DNA of 64,000 bases from an uncultured Chloroflexia bacterium (GTDB lineage: Bacteria; Chloroflexota; Limnocylindria; Limnocylindrales; CSP1-4): contig CAVVNQ010000007.1 of the NCBI GenBank assembly GCA_963749705.1, positions 96,001 to 160,000 on the forward strand, written 5' to 3'. A program made the position numbers and the translations under genes. The notes under the pieces were generated by a model. It did no database searches and had not been told where the DNA came from. It worked only from the letters and a program-made list of their open reading frames with translations. Position 1 is the first letter of the stretch; every line of letters starts with the position of its first letter. This document shows, in pieces, positions 1 to 10,015 of the stretch.

Positions 1-2
1 GC

Positions 3-542
3 GGGTGCCACGTACCCGCTGCCCTGGCTCGATCCCGGTGCGGAGAAGGGTCCTCGGTGTGGATCGCCATCGACGAACGCGCCGTCGCGCACGAGGCCGA
101 TGATCCGAGGCACGCGCGAGCCGTTCGAGCCCGTCGCGGGATCCGGCAGCCAGAAGGCGAGCTCGGCGGGTGCGCCCGCCTCGAGGATCTCGTCGGACCG
201 GAGCTGGCCGGACCCGACCAGCACCGCGACCAGGTCGATCACGCCCCGTCGCTCAGGCGCGAGCACGTTCGCGGCAGCCCCGACGGCCGACCGTACGGCC
301 GCCTCGGCGGCATCGGGATCACGGGGTGCGGCGGTGACCGCGCAGCCCGCGAGGTCGAGGAACGTGGAGTCGCCACGCGAGATCGCCCGAACCAGGTCAT
401 CCGCCCCGACCGCGAGGATGCGGTCGGCCGCCCACGCGACCGCGGTCGCGACCGGCTCGCTGGTGGTGGCGGGCTCGCCCACCGGCGCGGCCGCCGTGCC
501 GAGGACCGAGCCGCCGACGGCGATGACGTATTCGTGGGTCAT
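3..542 (-). CDS. Amidohydrolase-related protein with only the small beta-sandwich segments; runs off the left edge
   Basis: Manual translation from ATG 542: MTHEYVIAVGGSVLG...AVAWAADRILAVGADDLVRAISRGDSTFLDLAGCAVT...LEAGAPAELAFW...LVRDG. No stop before the window edge, so it is absent from the ORF track. Confidence 0.6.
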   Translation of the reverse strand, partial: MTHEYVIAVGGSVLGTAAAPVGEPATTSEPVATAVAWAADRILAVGADDLVRAISRGDSTFLDLAGCAVTAAPRDPDAAEAAVRSAVGAAANVLAPERRGVIDLVAVLVGSGQLRSDEILEAGAPAELAFWLPDPATGSNGSRVPRIIGLVRDGAFVDGDPHRGPFSAPGSSQGSGYVAP

Positions 543-671
543 CGGGTCATCATCCTGGCCCCAGCCTACCCGGGTGGGTGGACTCGCGATGGCCGCAGGG
601 CGACCAGGGCGGGACCCAGCCCGGCGCGCACCGGGGTGACCGCAGCCCCGCCACTGGTGCATGATCGGCCG

Positions 672-1331
672 GTGGACTCCCAGCCGCTGCGGGTGATCAT
701 CGCCGAGGACTCCGTCCTGATCCGCGAGGGTCTGGCCCGGCTGATCATCAATTCCGGGGGCGAGGTCGTCGCCAAGGTGGGCGACGGACCGTCGTTCGTC
801 GACGCCGTGGTCGAGCACCGGCCGGATGTCTCGGTGGTCGACGTGCGGATGCCGCCGACCCAGCGCGACGAGGGCCTGCGCGCCGCGATCGAGGCCCGCC
901 GCAGGATCCCCGGCACGCCGGTGCTCGTGCTCAGCCAGTACGTCGAGCACCAGTACGCGACCGAGCTGCTCGCCGACCGGGCCGGCGGCGTCGGCTACCT
1001 GCTCAAGGACCGTGTCGCCGACATCCGCGAGTTCATGGACGCGCTGCGCCGCGTGGCCCGCGGCGGCACCGCGCTCGATCCCGAGGTCGTCGCGCAGCTG
1101 ATGATCCCGCGCCATTCGGACGACCGGCTCAACTCGCTCACGCCACGGGAGCGCGAGGTGCTGGCGGCGATGGCCGAGGGACGGACGAACATGGGCGTCG
1201 CCACGCTGCTGGGGATCTCCGAGGGCGCCACCGAGAAGCACATCAGCAACATCTTCGGCAAGCTCGAGCTGCCGGACACGGAGAACGACCACCGCCGCGT
1301 GCTGGCGGTGCTGACCTACCTGGGCTCGTAG
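672..1331 (+). CDS. NarL/LuxR-family response regulator
   Basis: Receiver motifs VIIAEDS, VVDVRMP, LSQY, LLKD and C-terminal HTH LTPREREVLAAMAEG...EKHISNIFGKL. The true start is GTG 657 or 672, not 57. Confidence 0.93.
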   Translation: MDSQPLRVIIAEDSVLIREGLARLIINSGGEVVAKVGDGPSFVDAVVEHRPDVSVVDVRMPPTQRDEGLRAAIEARRRIPGTPVLVLSQYVEHQYATELLADRAGGVGYLLKDRVADIREFMDALRRVARGGTALDPEVVAQLMIPRHSDDRLNSLTPREREVLAAMAEGRTNMGVATLLGISEGATEKHISNIFGKLELPDTENDHRRVLAVLTYLGS

Positions 1332-1410
1332 CCGTACGCCCGACGCCCGGCGCAGGCCAGGGTCCCGCTCCGCCGACCGAGCGGGGTACCGATCCCCGGC
1401 GGCAGGGACG

Positions 1411-2799
1411 CTAGCCCGGGTTCCAGCCCGGGATCGCCGGCGGCGGGGGCGGTGGCGGCATGACGGAGACCGGCAGCTCCGCGTGGACCACGGTCGGCCC
1501 GCCCGCCGGGCTGTCGACGGTCAGCGTGCCGTCCAGCGCCTCGACCCGGCCGGCCAGCCCGGCCAGCCCGCCGCCGGGGACGATCCGGGCGCCGCCGGCG
1601 CCGTCGTCCCACACCTCGATCACGAGGTTCGCGCCGTCCGGCCGGCAGCGGATCTCGCACCGGGTCGCCGTGGCGTGCTTGGCGACGTTGGCCAGCGACT
1701 CCGCGACCACGAAGTAGGCGGCCCGCTCGACGGCGTCCGGCAGCCGCGTGCCATCGGGGATCGTGCTCGAGACCGCGGTCTGCACGGGCGACCGGCCGGC
1801 GATCGCGCTCAACGCGGGCACCAGCCCTCGGTCGAGCAGGATCGCGGGCGCGATCCCGCGCACCAGGTCACGCAGCTCGGCCAGCGCCTGGCGCGCCTGG
1901 TCCTGGGCCTCGGCGACCAGCGTCCTTGCGGCCGCCGGATCCGTGTCGATCTTCTCGGCCGCGAGCCCCAGGTCGATCGTGAGCATCACCAGCCGCTGCT
2001 GAGCGCCATCGTGGAGGTCGCGCTCGATCCGGCGGAGCTCGCTCGCCTCGGTATCGATGACCGCGCGCCGGCTGGTCTCGAGGGTCGCCACCCGTCGGGC
2101 CAGCGCCTGCTCCTCGGACTCGCACACCAGGCCGGCGATGACCGCGCGGTGGAGCGCCATCAGGCCCTGGGTGACCGACGACGCGATGGCGAGCAGGACG
2201 AGCCCGGCCATGCCGCCGGCGACGGTAGCCGCGGCGGGGGGCAGGATTCCGCCGGCATCGGACGGGTGGCCCTGGATGAGGGCCGTCACCGGCAGCGACA
2301 GCAGCGCGAGCGATCCCGTCCACAGGATCGCGGCGGCGATGAACTCCATGACGGTCAGCGGGAACGCGACGACCACGTAGATGACGTCGCGCCACCGGGC
2401 CAGGTCGAGGAACACCGCGAACAGCAGGTCCCGGAGGCCGGTTCCGTATGGCCGGTACGCGTGGGGCCGGAGAGGTCTCGGATCGACCCGCATCGCGCGC
2501 CGGCGCTCGATCCTGGCGACCACCCGGCAGGCCTCGATCGCCAGGCCGATCAGCACGACGCCGACGCCCACCACGAGCAGCGAGACGCCGGCCGAGAACA
2601 GCGCAGCGACCAGCGAGATCGCGATCAGCTCCACCCAGAACCCCACGACGATCGCCATCAGGGCGCGCCACGTGGCCGGGTGGAGCGGGGACAGGACGAA
2701 CGTGGCAATGGCGCCACGCTGCCGCCCCGTGACCTGAGCGCCCAGGAGGGCGCTCAGGATCAGGAGCGTGCCGAGGACGAGGAGCGGGACTCCGATCAC
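1411..2799 (-). CDS. Membrane sensor histidine kinase (HisKA_3/NarX-like)
   Basis: Several TM segments; H-box RRIERDLHDGAQQRL; N-box AESLANVAKHA; DDGAGGA and GGLAGL ATPase motifs. Confidence 0.93.
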   Translation of the reverse strand: MIGVPLLVLGTLLILSALLGAQVTGRQRGAIATFVLSPLHPATWRALMAIVVGFWVELIAISLVAALFSAGVSLLVVGVGVVLIGLAIEACRVVARIERRRAMRVDPRPLRPHAYRPYGTGLRDLLFAVFLDLARWRDVIYVVVAFPLTVMEFIAAAILWTGSLALLSLPVTALIQGHPSDAGGILPPAAATVAGGMAGLVLLAIASSVTQGLMALHRAVIAGLVCESEEQALARRVATLETSRRAVIDTEASELRRIERDLHDGAQQRLVMLTIDLGLAAEKIDTDPAAARTLVAEAQDQARQALAELRDLVRGIAPAILLDRGLVPALSAIAGRSPVQTAVSSTIPDGTRLPDAVERAAYFVVAESLANVAKHATATRCEIRCRPDGANLVIEVWDDGAGGARIVPGGGLAGLAGRVEALDGTLTVDSPAGGPTVVHAELPVSVMPPPPPPPAIPGWNPG

Positions 2800-3341
2800 C
2801 GCGCCTCCGAGGCATTGCGCGTCGCGCGCACCAGCAGGACCGCGCCAAGGGCCACCAGCAGGGCGGGCCCGAGGTGGACGCTGGCGGCCCAGCCCGGGAT
2901 CACCGAGTCGGCCATGGCCAGCGCACCGAACACGATCAGCAGGATCCCGGCGTAGAACGCCGCGCCGGCACCGCGCCGGCGGGTCGGCTGGCCTGCGGGG
3001 TACGCCGCCCAGCCGGGGTTGCTGGTCCAGCCCTCGATCGGGCCGGGCTCACCCGGGGTCTCCGTCCCGTCGGCGGCGACACCGCCGGGAGCCGCGGGCC
3101 CGCCGGCCGAGCCGGCAGCATCGGCCGCCCCCGGACCACCGGGCGCCGCGACGAACGGCGCCTCGGGGATCACGAACGCGAAGATCACGTAGAGCAAGAT
3201 GGTGAAGCCGCCGAACAGGGCCGACAGGATCCACAGGATGCGGACCAGGGTCGGGTCGAGATCGAGGTACTCCGCCATGCCGGCGGCGACGCCTGCGATC
3301 TGACGATCGTAGCGGCTGCGATACAGACGACGGGTGTTCAC
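2796..3341 (-). CDS. PspC-domain membrane protein
   Basis: RRLYRSRYDRQIAGVAAGMAEYLDLDPTLVRILW is the PspC signature. The GTG start overlaps the upstream stop (GTGA) and follows a GGAGG RBS. Confidence 0.88.
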   Translation of the reverse strand: MNTRRLYRSRYDRQIAGVAAGMAEYLDLDPTLVRILWILSALFGGFTILLYVIFAFVIPEAPFVAAPGGPGAADAAGSAGGPAAPGGVAADGTETPGEPGPIEGWTSNPGWAAYPAGQPTRRRGAGAAFYAGILLIVFGALAMADSVIPGWAASVHLGPALLVALGAVLLVRATRNASEAR

Positions 3342-4300
3342 TTGCATCCTCCTTCGGGGTTGATGTCGATGGCGCCGAGGTTGGCCGAGACGGCCAGGTC
3401 GGCGTGGAACGGGGCGGTGGCGTAGCCCGGGCTCTGCCAGGCGCTGCCGTCTCGAATGAGCCCGCCGTGGTCGATCGAACCCAGTGACGCATCGCCATGG
3501 ATGCGCAGGGCCATGCCATCGGGAGCGCACACGCTGAGCTTGCCGGCATTGACCGAGAGGTCGCCGTTGAGATCGCCCGTGGCCGGGAGCTGGAGCCAGC
3601 CGGCGCCGGCGTTCACGTCGAGCGACACCCGGCCGACCGTCGCGCCGGTCAGGTCGGCGTGGGCCTCGGCGGCATTGATCGCGAGGTCGAAGCGGCCGAG
3701 CTGCGCGCCGGCGAGCTCGAAGCGTCCGCGGCCAGCGCTCACCTCGGCGTCGAGGTCCAGGCTGTGCGCGGTCGGCAGCGACACCATCCAGGTGTCCTTG
3801 CCGTGGGCGAAGCCGAATGAGCGTCGATGGCTTGCCGACGCGACCGACAGCCGGTCCGCGGTCGCGTTGACCGTCGGCTCGGCCGCGCCATCGCTCGTCT
3901 CCAGGTGCCATGCGTCGCCCGGCATCGCGGTGACCGTCAGGTCGCCGCAGGCGAGGTTGAGGCTCACCGTCGCGGGACCGCCGAACACGCCCTGCCGGGC
4001 GTGCGTGCCGTCCACGGTCGCGGCGCCGCAGTCGATCGAAACGCCGGGCGCCGCCACGACCATCCCACCGAGCAGAAGTCCCGGCATCGCAGCCGCGAGC
4101 ATGCCGCCCGGCAGCCCCAGGCGCGTGCCGCGGAGCAGCAGCGCGGCCCCGATCACGATGATCGCGACCGGCCACAGGGCCAGCGCCGCGGCGACCGCGT
4201 CGCGATCGAGCGCGTTGCCCTGCGCGAGCAGCATCACGGCCCCCGCCGTGACGAAGAAGATGCCCCAGTAGAGGGGCCGGCGATGGACCGCCATGGTCAT
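3338..4300 (-). CDS. LiaF/LiaG-like membrane protein (N-terminal TMs, beta-rich extracytoplasmic repeats)
   Basis: N-terminal LYWGIFFV...LWPVAIIVIG TMs, then repeated L-x-L-x-V-N/S-A-G strands. RBS GGAGG precedes ATG 4300/4294. Confidence 0.7.
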   Translation of the reverse strand: MTMAVHRRPLYWGIFFVTAGAVMLLAQGNALDRDAVAAALALWPVAIIVIGAALLLRGTRLGLPGGMLAAAMPGLLLGGMVVAAPGVSIDCGAATVDGTHARQGVFGGPATVSLNLACGDLTVTAMPGDAWHLETSDGAAEPTVNATADRLSVASASHRRSFGFAHGKDTWMVSLPTAHSLDLDAEVSAGRGRFELAGAQLGRFDLAINAAEAHADLTGATVGRVSLDVNAGAGWLQLPATGDLNGDLSVNAGKLSVCAPDGMALRIHGDASLGSIDHGGLIRDGSAWQSPGYATAPFHADLAVSANLGAIDINPEGGCK

Positions 4301-4585
4301 GTTCCTCCAGGTGTTGGGCCGGCCCGCGCTAGCGGTCCGAGGTGTTCCTGTTGATGACCAGAACGCTACGGACACCCGGGTTCCGGGACCAGCCGGGCAG
4401 CGGGCGTCTTCGGGGTGGGGCTAGCCCCCGTATGCCGGGCCACGCCGGCCGGGTGGGCACGGCGATCAGCCGTGGTCCGGACGCCGGCGGGCATACCATT
4501 GGGCTCCGGGCAGTGCCGGCCCGGGGCCGGCGCCATCACGCGCAGGGTCGGCTCGCCGGACCGCGCAGGCAGAGGAGAGATCGCC

Positions 4586-5608
4586 ATGCAAGTCGGGATC
4601 ATCGGCCTTGGCCGGATGGGCGCGAACATGTCGCGCCGCTGGATCCGCAACGGTCACCACGTGGTCGGCTACGCGCGGACCCGGAGCACGGTCGAGGGGC
4701 TGGTCTCGGATGGGGCGATCTCGGCGGGTGCAACCTCGATCGACGAGCTCGTCGGGCAGCTCCAGACGCCGCGCGTCGTGTGGTTGATGGTGCCGGCCGC
4801 ATCGGTCGATGACACCCTCGAGCAGCTGCGCTCGCAGCTCGCCTCGGGTGACGTCGTGGTCGACGGCGGCAACTCCTACTACGTCGATGACATCCGCCGC
4901 GCGAAGGCGCTCGCCGAGGACGGGATCGAGTACCTCGACTGCGGGACCAGCGGCGGCGTGTGGGGCCTCGAGCGCGGCTACTGCCTCATGATCGGGGGCC
5001 CCGACGACGCCGTCGACCGGCTCGATCCGCTGTTCCGCGCCCTGGCCCCGGGGGTCGACGCGGCCCCGCGGACACCGGGTCGTGACGGGGCGCCGGGCCG
5101 GGACGAGGAGGGGTACCTGCACTGCGGTCCGGCCGGCGCCGGGCACTTCGTGAAGATGGTCCACAACGGGATCGAGTACGGCGTGATGGCCGCCTACGCG
5201 GAGGGGATCAACATCCTCCGCCACGCGAACGTCGGCCTGCACCAGCGCGAGATCGACGCCGAGACCACGCCGCTCCGGGATCCCGAGCTGTACCAGTACG
5301 ACCTCGACCTGCCGGCGGTCACCGAGGTCTGGCGGCGTGGCAGCGTCATCGCCAGCTGGCTGCTCGACCTCACGGCGCAGGCATTCCACCAGTCGCCGCA
5401 GCTCGAGGACTTCAGCGGCCGGGTGAGCGACTCCGGCGAGGGTCGCTGGACCAGCATCGCCGCGATCGACGTGGCGGCGCCGTCGCCCGTCCTGACGGCC
5501 GCGCTGTACGAGCGGTTCAGCTCCCGCGGCGAGGCGGACTTCGGCGACAAGGTGCTGTCGGCGATGCGGTTCGGGTTCGGCGGCCACCTCGAGAAGCCCA
5601 AGGACTGA
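4586..5608 (+). CDS. gnd: 6-phosphogluconate dehydrogenase (decarboxylating, short type)
   Basis: GIIGLGRMG, VDGGNS, GTSGGVWG, GHFVKMVHNGIEYG, SDSGEGRW, MRFGFGGH. Confidence 0.96.
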   Translation: MQVGIIGLGRMGANMSRRWIRNGHHVVGYARTRSTVEGLVSDGAISAGATSIDELVGQLQTPRVVWLMVPAASVDDTLEQLRSQLASGDVVVDGGNSYYVDDIRRAKALAEDGIEYLDCGTSGGVWGLERGYCLMIGGPDDAVDRLDPLFRALAPGVDAAPRTPGRDGAPGRDEEGYLHCGPAGAGHFVKMVHNGIEYGVMAAYAEGINILRHANVGLHQREIDAETTPLRDPELYQYDLDLPAVTEVWRRGSVIASWLLDLTAQAFHQSPQLEDFSGRVSDSGEGRWTSIAAIDVAAPSPVLTAALYERFSSRGEADFGDKVLSAMRFGFGGHLEKPKD

Positions 5609-5632
5609 AGCGCCAGCTGACCTGCGTCCACG

Positions 5633-7084
5633 ATGACGACCACTCCGTCCCCTCACCCGCACGGCACACCGCCCCCGCGCTCGGACGCGTTCGTGTTCTT
5701 CGGCGCCACCGGGGACCTGGCGTTCAAGCAGATCTTCCCCGCCCTTGCGGGTCTCATCCGCGACGATGGCTGGACGATGCCGATCATCGGCATCGCGCGC
5801 CATGGCGACCTGGCGTCGCTGCGGGACCGTGCCCGGGACAGCCTGGCGGCCCACGGCATCAGCGACCCCGGGATCCTCGCCAGGCTCCAGGCCCAGCTCC
5901 AGTTCATCGATGGCTCCGACGACGATCCCGAGACGTTCCGGCGGTTGCACGACGCGCTCGGTGGTGCCCGACATCCACTCCACTACCTGGCGATCCCGCC
6001 GGCCCTGTTCGGCGAGGTTGTCAGGCTGCTGGGCGCCTCGCACTGCGCGGACGGAGCCCGGGTCATCGTCGAGAAGCCGTTCGGCCGCGATCTCGCGGGT
6101 GCCCGGCTTCTCAACCGGACGCTCCACGAGGTGTTCGCGGAGCCGCAGATCTTCCGGATCGACCACTACCTGGGCAAGGAGCCGGTCCAGAACCTGCTGT
6201 ACTTCCGGTTCGCGAACCGCTTCCTCGAGCCGATCTGGAACTCGAACCACGTGTCCTCGGTGCAGATCACGATGGCCGAGGCATTCGACGTGGCCGATCG
6301 CGGCGCGTTCTACGACAGCGCGGGGGCGATCCGCGACGTGATCCAGAACCACCTCCTCCAGACAGTCGCCATCCTGGCCATGGAGCCACCGTCCGGGCTG
6401 GCGATGGAGGGGCTCCGCAACGAGAAGTTCAAGGTGCTCGACTCGATCCGTCCCGTCGCGCCCGGCGACGTCGTCCGGGGCCAGTACGAGGGATACCGCA
6501 AGGTTCGGGGCGTTGCCGCGGATTCGCGGGTCGAGACGTTCGCCGCCATCCGGCTCCATGTCGACACCTGGCGCTGGGGTGGCGTCCCGTTCCACATCAG
6601 GACCGGAAAGTGCCTGCCGGTGACCGCGACGGAGGTGCTCGTCGAGCTGCGGCAACCGCCGGTCGACGTATTCCCCGAGCATGAGCCCATGGATGCGAAC
6701 TACCTGCGGTTCCGGTTGACGCCGGACATGTCGATCTCGCTCGGTGCGCTGGCCAAGGCACCCGGCGAGCGGATGGTCGGCGAGCCCGTCGAGCTGTTCG
6801 CGAGCCACGACTCCGGGGCCGAGCTGCCGCCGTATCAGCGACTCATCGGCGATGCCGCCCAGGGCGACCAGATGCTGTTCGCCCGCGAGGACACGGTGGA
6901 GGCGGCATGGCGGATCGTGGGACCCGCGCTGGACCCCGACGGGCCGCCCACGCCGTATCGGCGCGGGACCTGGGGGCCGGACGCGGCGGACGAGCTGATC
7001 GCTCCCGGCCGGTGGCACGCACCGCGGCCGGCCGCGGTCCACACCGAGGCCGCCGCCGCATCCCGGACAAGGGGGAGCGGCTGA
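5633..7084 (+). CDS. zwf: Glucose-6-phosphate 1-dehydrogenase
   Basis: [34 protein letters not shown]. Confidence 0.97.
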   Translation: MTTTPSPHPHGTPPPRSDAFVFFGATGDLAFKQIFPALAGLIRDDGWTMPIIGIARHGDLASLRDRARDSLAAHGISDPGILARLQAQLQFIDGSDDDPETFRRLHDALGGARHPLHYLAIPPALFGEVVRLLGASHCADGARVIVEKPFGRDLAGARLLNRTLHEVFAEPQIFRIDHYLGKEPVQNLLYFRFANRFLEPIWNSNHVSSVQITMAEAFDVADRGAFYDSAGAIRDVIQNHLLQTVAILAMEPPSGLAMEGLRNEKFKVLDSIRPVAPGDVVRGQYEGYRKVRGVAADSRVETFAAIRLHVDTWRWGGVPFHIRTGKCLPVTATEVLVELRQPPVDVFPEHEPMDANYLRFRLTPDMSISLGALAKAPGERMVGEPVELFASHDSGAELPPYQRLIGDAAQGDQMLFAREDTVEAAWRIVGPALDPDGPPTPYRRGTWGPDAADELIAPGRWHAPRPAAVHTEAAAASRTRGSG

Positions 7085-7108
7085 TCGTTCGCGGGTGCGC
7101 CGCCGGGC

Positions 7109-7438
7109 TCAGCCGGCGGACGCGTCCAGGACCGCTCGCCGCGCGTCGCCGCTCGCGCCGAGCCGGACGCGGATGCCCATGCGCTCGAGCATGTTGGCCA
7201 TGGGCGGGCCCATGTGACCCGTGACCACGACCTGCACCGCGTGATCCTGGAGGAACCGTGCGATCCGGGCGTGGTGGCTGCCCTCGGTGCCCGTGTCATG
7301 CAGCGCATCCCAGCCGACGTCGAAGGTCTCCCAGCGGGTGGTCGCGCCATCGACAACATCGGCGACGGCCACGCGGGCGGCGCGACCCCAGCCGGCGTCG
7401 ATCATGTCGGTCGCGGTGACGGGGATGCATACGATCAT
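7109..7438 (-). CDS. NifB/NifX-family (FeMo-co-binding-like) small protein
   Basis: GWGRAARVAV...ARFLQDHAVQVVVTGHMGPPMANMLERMGIRV matches the family pattern. Confidence 0.75.
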   Translation of the reverse strand: MIVCIPVTATDMIDAGWGRAARVAVADVVDGATTRWETFDVGWDALHDTGTEGSHHARIARFLQDHAVQVVVTGHMGPPMANMLERMGIRVRLGASGDARRAVLDASAG

Positions 7439-7500
7439 GGTCCTGGCTCCCTGCTCACGGCCCGGCGCTTGGGGCGGGCCGTCCTGATCGTCGCACGCTC

Positions 7501-7548
7501 GGCCATCAGGGGCCGTCAGGGGCCGTCAGGGGCCGCCAGGGCCGCAGG
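7501..7548. repeat. Short tandem 10-bp repeat (GGCCGTCAGG-like, about 4.5 copies) spanning the stop of the J-domain gene
   Basis: ggccatcagg ggccgtcagg ggccgtcagg ggccgccagg gccgcagg, read directly. Confidence 0.6.
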
Positions 7549-8572
7549 AAACCGAGCCCTCGACGCGGATCGACGCGGTGGCGCCCGTCAGCTGGACGTC
7601 GAACGCGTACCCGGATGCCGACGGGGACACGGAGCCGGGATCGCTGCCCGCCAGCCAGTACAGGTCGAGCGCGGGGTCGTCGAAGCTCATCCCCATCGTC
7701 CACGATCCGGTCGTGTCATCGAGCTCCAGCGACCATGCGGCGGGGGATCCCGGGCCGGACGCGAGTCGGAAGCCGTGCGGCGCTGCGGGCGACTCCCCGG
7801 GCTCGTCCACCGCGGTGCAGGAGCTGGTCGGACCCAGCGTGGCGACGTCGTGCTCGACGTAGTCGCCGCTGAACCGGAGATCGGCCGTACCGGTCGTGAC
7901 ATGGGGTGACCCGCCGGCGGCGCCCGACGGCGACGGGATCGCGGTCGCGGCCACGGTCGGGGTCTCCGTGGAGGTGGCCCGAGGCGTCGGTTCGCCGGGC
8001 GAGCTCGCCGCGAGCACGGGCGGGCTCGCGGTCGGGGCGAGCGTCGGTGATTGCGTCGCCACGAGGCCGCCGACCCCCGCGCCCCGGAGGCCGATGATGA
8101 CGCCTGCCACGACGAGGACCCCGATGACCGCGATGACCGCCAGTGCCTGCACGACCGCCGGGGATTGGCGCCGGCGGCGCCGCGGTCCTGCCGCCGCTGT
8201 CCGGTGTGCTCCGGCCGTCGTGCGCCACCGCCACGCGCCCGGTGTCCCCGGCGCGGTGCGTGGCGATCGGGGCGCCGGTCGACGGCGGGCTGCCGGCGCC
8301 GGCGCTGCCCGCCGGGCCGCCGGTGTTGCCGGGGCGGTCGTCCTGGCGCGCCGCGACGCGTCGTACCTGGCCCTGCGCCCGGGATCGGTCAGCCAGCTTC
8401 GGGCGAGGTTGAGGCGCTTGGACCGCTCGAGGCCACCCGGACCGGCCAGGTCCGGGTGGCTGCGCTTCATCTGCGCCCGGTACGCGGCCTCGATCGCCTC
8501 GAGCGTCGCCCCGGGTTCGACCTCGAGCTCGGCGTACAGGTCCAGGTGCGGGATCGGATCCCTGTCGCCCAA
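7526..8572 (-). CDS. Membrane-anchored J-domain (DnaJ-like) protein
   Basis: DLYAELEV...AYRAQMKRSHPDL...LNLARSWLTDPGRRARYD J-domain; basic linker; one TM; Pro/Thr linker; beta-rich C-terminal domain. Confidence 0.82.
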   Translation of the reverse strand: MGDRDPIPHLDLYAELEVEPGATLEAIEAAYRAQMKRSHPDLAGPGGLERSKRLNLARSWLTDPGRRARYDASRRARTTAPATPAARRAAPAPAARRRPAPRSPRTAPGTPGAWRWRTTAGAHRTAAAGPRRRRRQSPAVVQALAVIAVIGVLVVAGVIIGLRGAGVGGLVATQSPTLAPTASPPVLAASSPGEPTPRATSTETPTVAATAIPSPSGAAGGSPHVTTGTADLRFSGDYVEHDVATLGPTSSCTAVDEPGESPAAPHGFRLASGPGSPAAWSLELDDTTGSWTMGMSFDDPALDLYWLAGSDPGSVSPSASGYAFDVQLTGATASIRVEGSVSCGPGGP

Positions 8573-8686
8573 GCCGCAGGCTCCGTGGGTGGCTCCTCAC
8601 CAGGCCGGATCGGCATCCGGCCGGGCGATGCTACCCGTGACGAGGCGCCTGCGTCGTTCCGGTCGCCTCCACGCCCGACGCGGTCG

Positions 8687-9214
8687 TCAGGCCTCGCTCG
8701 TCGTCCAGGCGCCTACGGCCATGAGCGCCGCCCCGGCGTAGTAGCCGAGGCCGCCGATATCGTCCGCGAGGTTGTCGAAGATGCCGTTCCGCAGCTCGTA
8801 CGGCAGATCCACGATCGCGAGGGCCGCGACGCCGAGTCCGGCCGCCCGGATGACCGTGCTCTCGCTCACCGGAAGCTTGCCGTTGCGGACGTGGATGACG
8901 AACGCCGCCGCCAGCACGGCGAGGGCGAGGACGAACGCCACGTCCCCGACCCAGTACTCCTCGAGCACGAGGCCGAACAGCAGCTGGACAACCATCAGCA
9001 GCGCCGCGCCCGCAACCGCCATCTGCTCCGCGCGCCCGAGACGGCCAAATGCCGCGGTCGCGGCGGACGCGGCGTCGGCGGCCGCGTTGGCCGGCGCGGC
9101 GCTCGTCGCACCCGGGGCGGCACCAGCCGCATTCCAGCCATCCGTCGCCGGCGGGCCCGGGGGCGGAGTCGGTTGGGCCGGAGAGACGCCGGGGTCCTGG
9201 TTCAGGTCGCTCAT
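8687..9214 (-). CDS. Hypothetical membrane protein (4 TM)
   Basis: GGAGG RBS; Pro/Ala-rich N-terminus followed by four hydrophobic helices. Confidence 0.75.
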   Translation of the reverse strand: MSDLNQDPGVSPAQPTPPPGPPATDGWNAAGAAPGATSAAPANAAADAASAATAAFGRLGRAEQMAVAGAALLMVVQLLFGLVLEEYWVGDVAFVLALAVLAAAFVIHVRNGKLPVSESTVIRAAGLGVAALAIVDLPYELRNGIFDNLADDIGGLGYYAGAALMAVGAWTTSEA

Positions 9215-9313
9215 GAGGACCTCCCTTCCGAGCTCAAGGCTACCTCGGTGGGCAACCCCAGCCCGCCGGGGGACGGCGCGCCGGCCAAGCGCCAGCCGCT
9301 CGAGGCCCGTGCG

Positions 9314-9799
9314 TCAGCCGCGCGCCTCGAACGATCCCGAGATCCGGGCGTTCGGGAGCGTCGTCCCGCTCGAGCTCGTCGCCGTCGGCGCTGCGCAGTC
9401 GAACGTTCCCGACGACAGGGCGGCGTCGAGCTTGAGGTCCGGCGCCTGGCAATCGGCGGACGGGATGGTGACCGTCGACCCCGCGTACTCCACGGTCACC
9501 GCCCCGTCGAGGACCTGGATGATCAGCGTATCGTCCGCCCCGTCGTTCGCGAACGAGAGGAAGCTCTGGGCGTCGCCGCCGAAGAAGCTCCGCGAGGCCG
9601 AGTAGCCGAGCGCATCACCGAACGGGTTCGGGATCCCGGTGACCTCGAACGTGACCTTGCCGCCGGCATCCCATCCGGCCGGCGTGCCCTCGGCAAGGTC
9701 CGGTGACTCGGAGGCCGTCGCACCGGGGCTCGAGGAAGACCCGCCGCATGCCGCGAGCAGGACGAGACCCAGGCACAGGGCGAGTGCTCGACCGAGCAT
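9314..9799 (-). CDS. Putative lipoprotein
   Basis: Signal peptide ending LLAAC (lipobox), Ser-rich linker, beta-rich domain. Confidence 0.78.
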   Translation of the reverse strand: MLGRALALCLGLVLLAACGGSSSSPGATASESPDLAEGTPAGWDAGGKVTFEVTGIPNPFGDALGYSASRSFFGGDAQSFLSFANDGADDTLIIQVLDGAVTVEYAGSTVTIPSADCQAPDLKLDAALSSGTFDCAAPTATSSSGTTLPNARISGSFEARG

Positions 9800-10015
9800 G
9801 GCGAGACCTCTTCATCGATGACGGATGTGCGCGTTGAAGGCCGGCGGCGCGACGCTCTGGACCCGAACGGTGACCTCGCCGGGCGCCGCCCGATCATGCT
9901 ACCAATGCGAACGCCGATGGCGACCGACGACCGGCGGCTCACGGCGGTCCGCAGCCATCCGGCATCGCGGGTTGGGAGCCCGAGGGCGGCCGGCAAGCCG
10001 TTCGGACGAGCCCCG

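Noticed and set aside
7109-7438. Nitrogen fixation inferred from the NifB/NifX-like gene
   Set aside because: This small domain is common in non-diazotrophs, and no nif genes are present.
7501-7548. 10-bp tandem repeat as a functional element
   Set aside because: Short, degenerate and GC-rich at a gene end; most simply a local slippage duplication.
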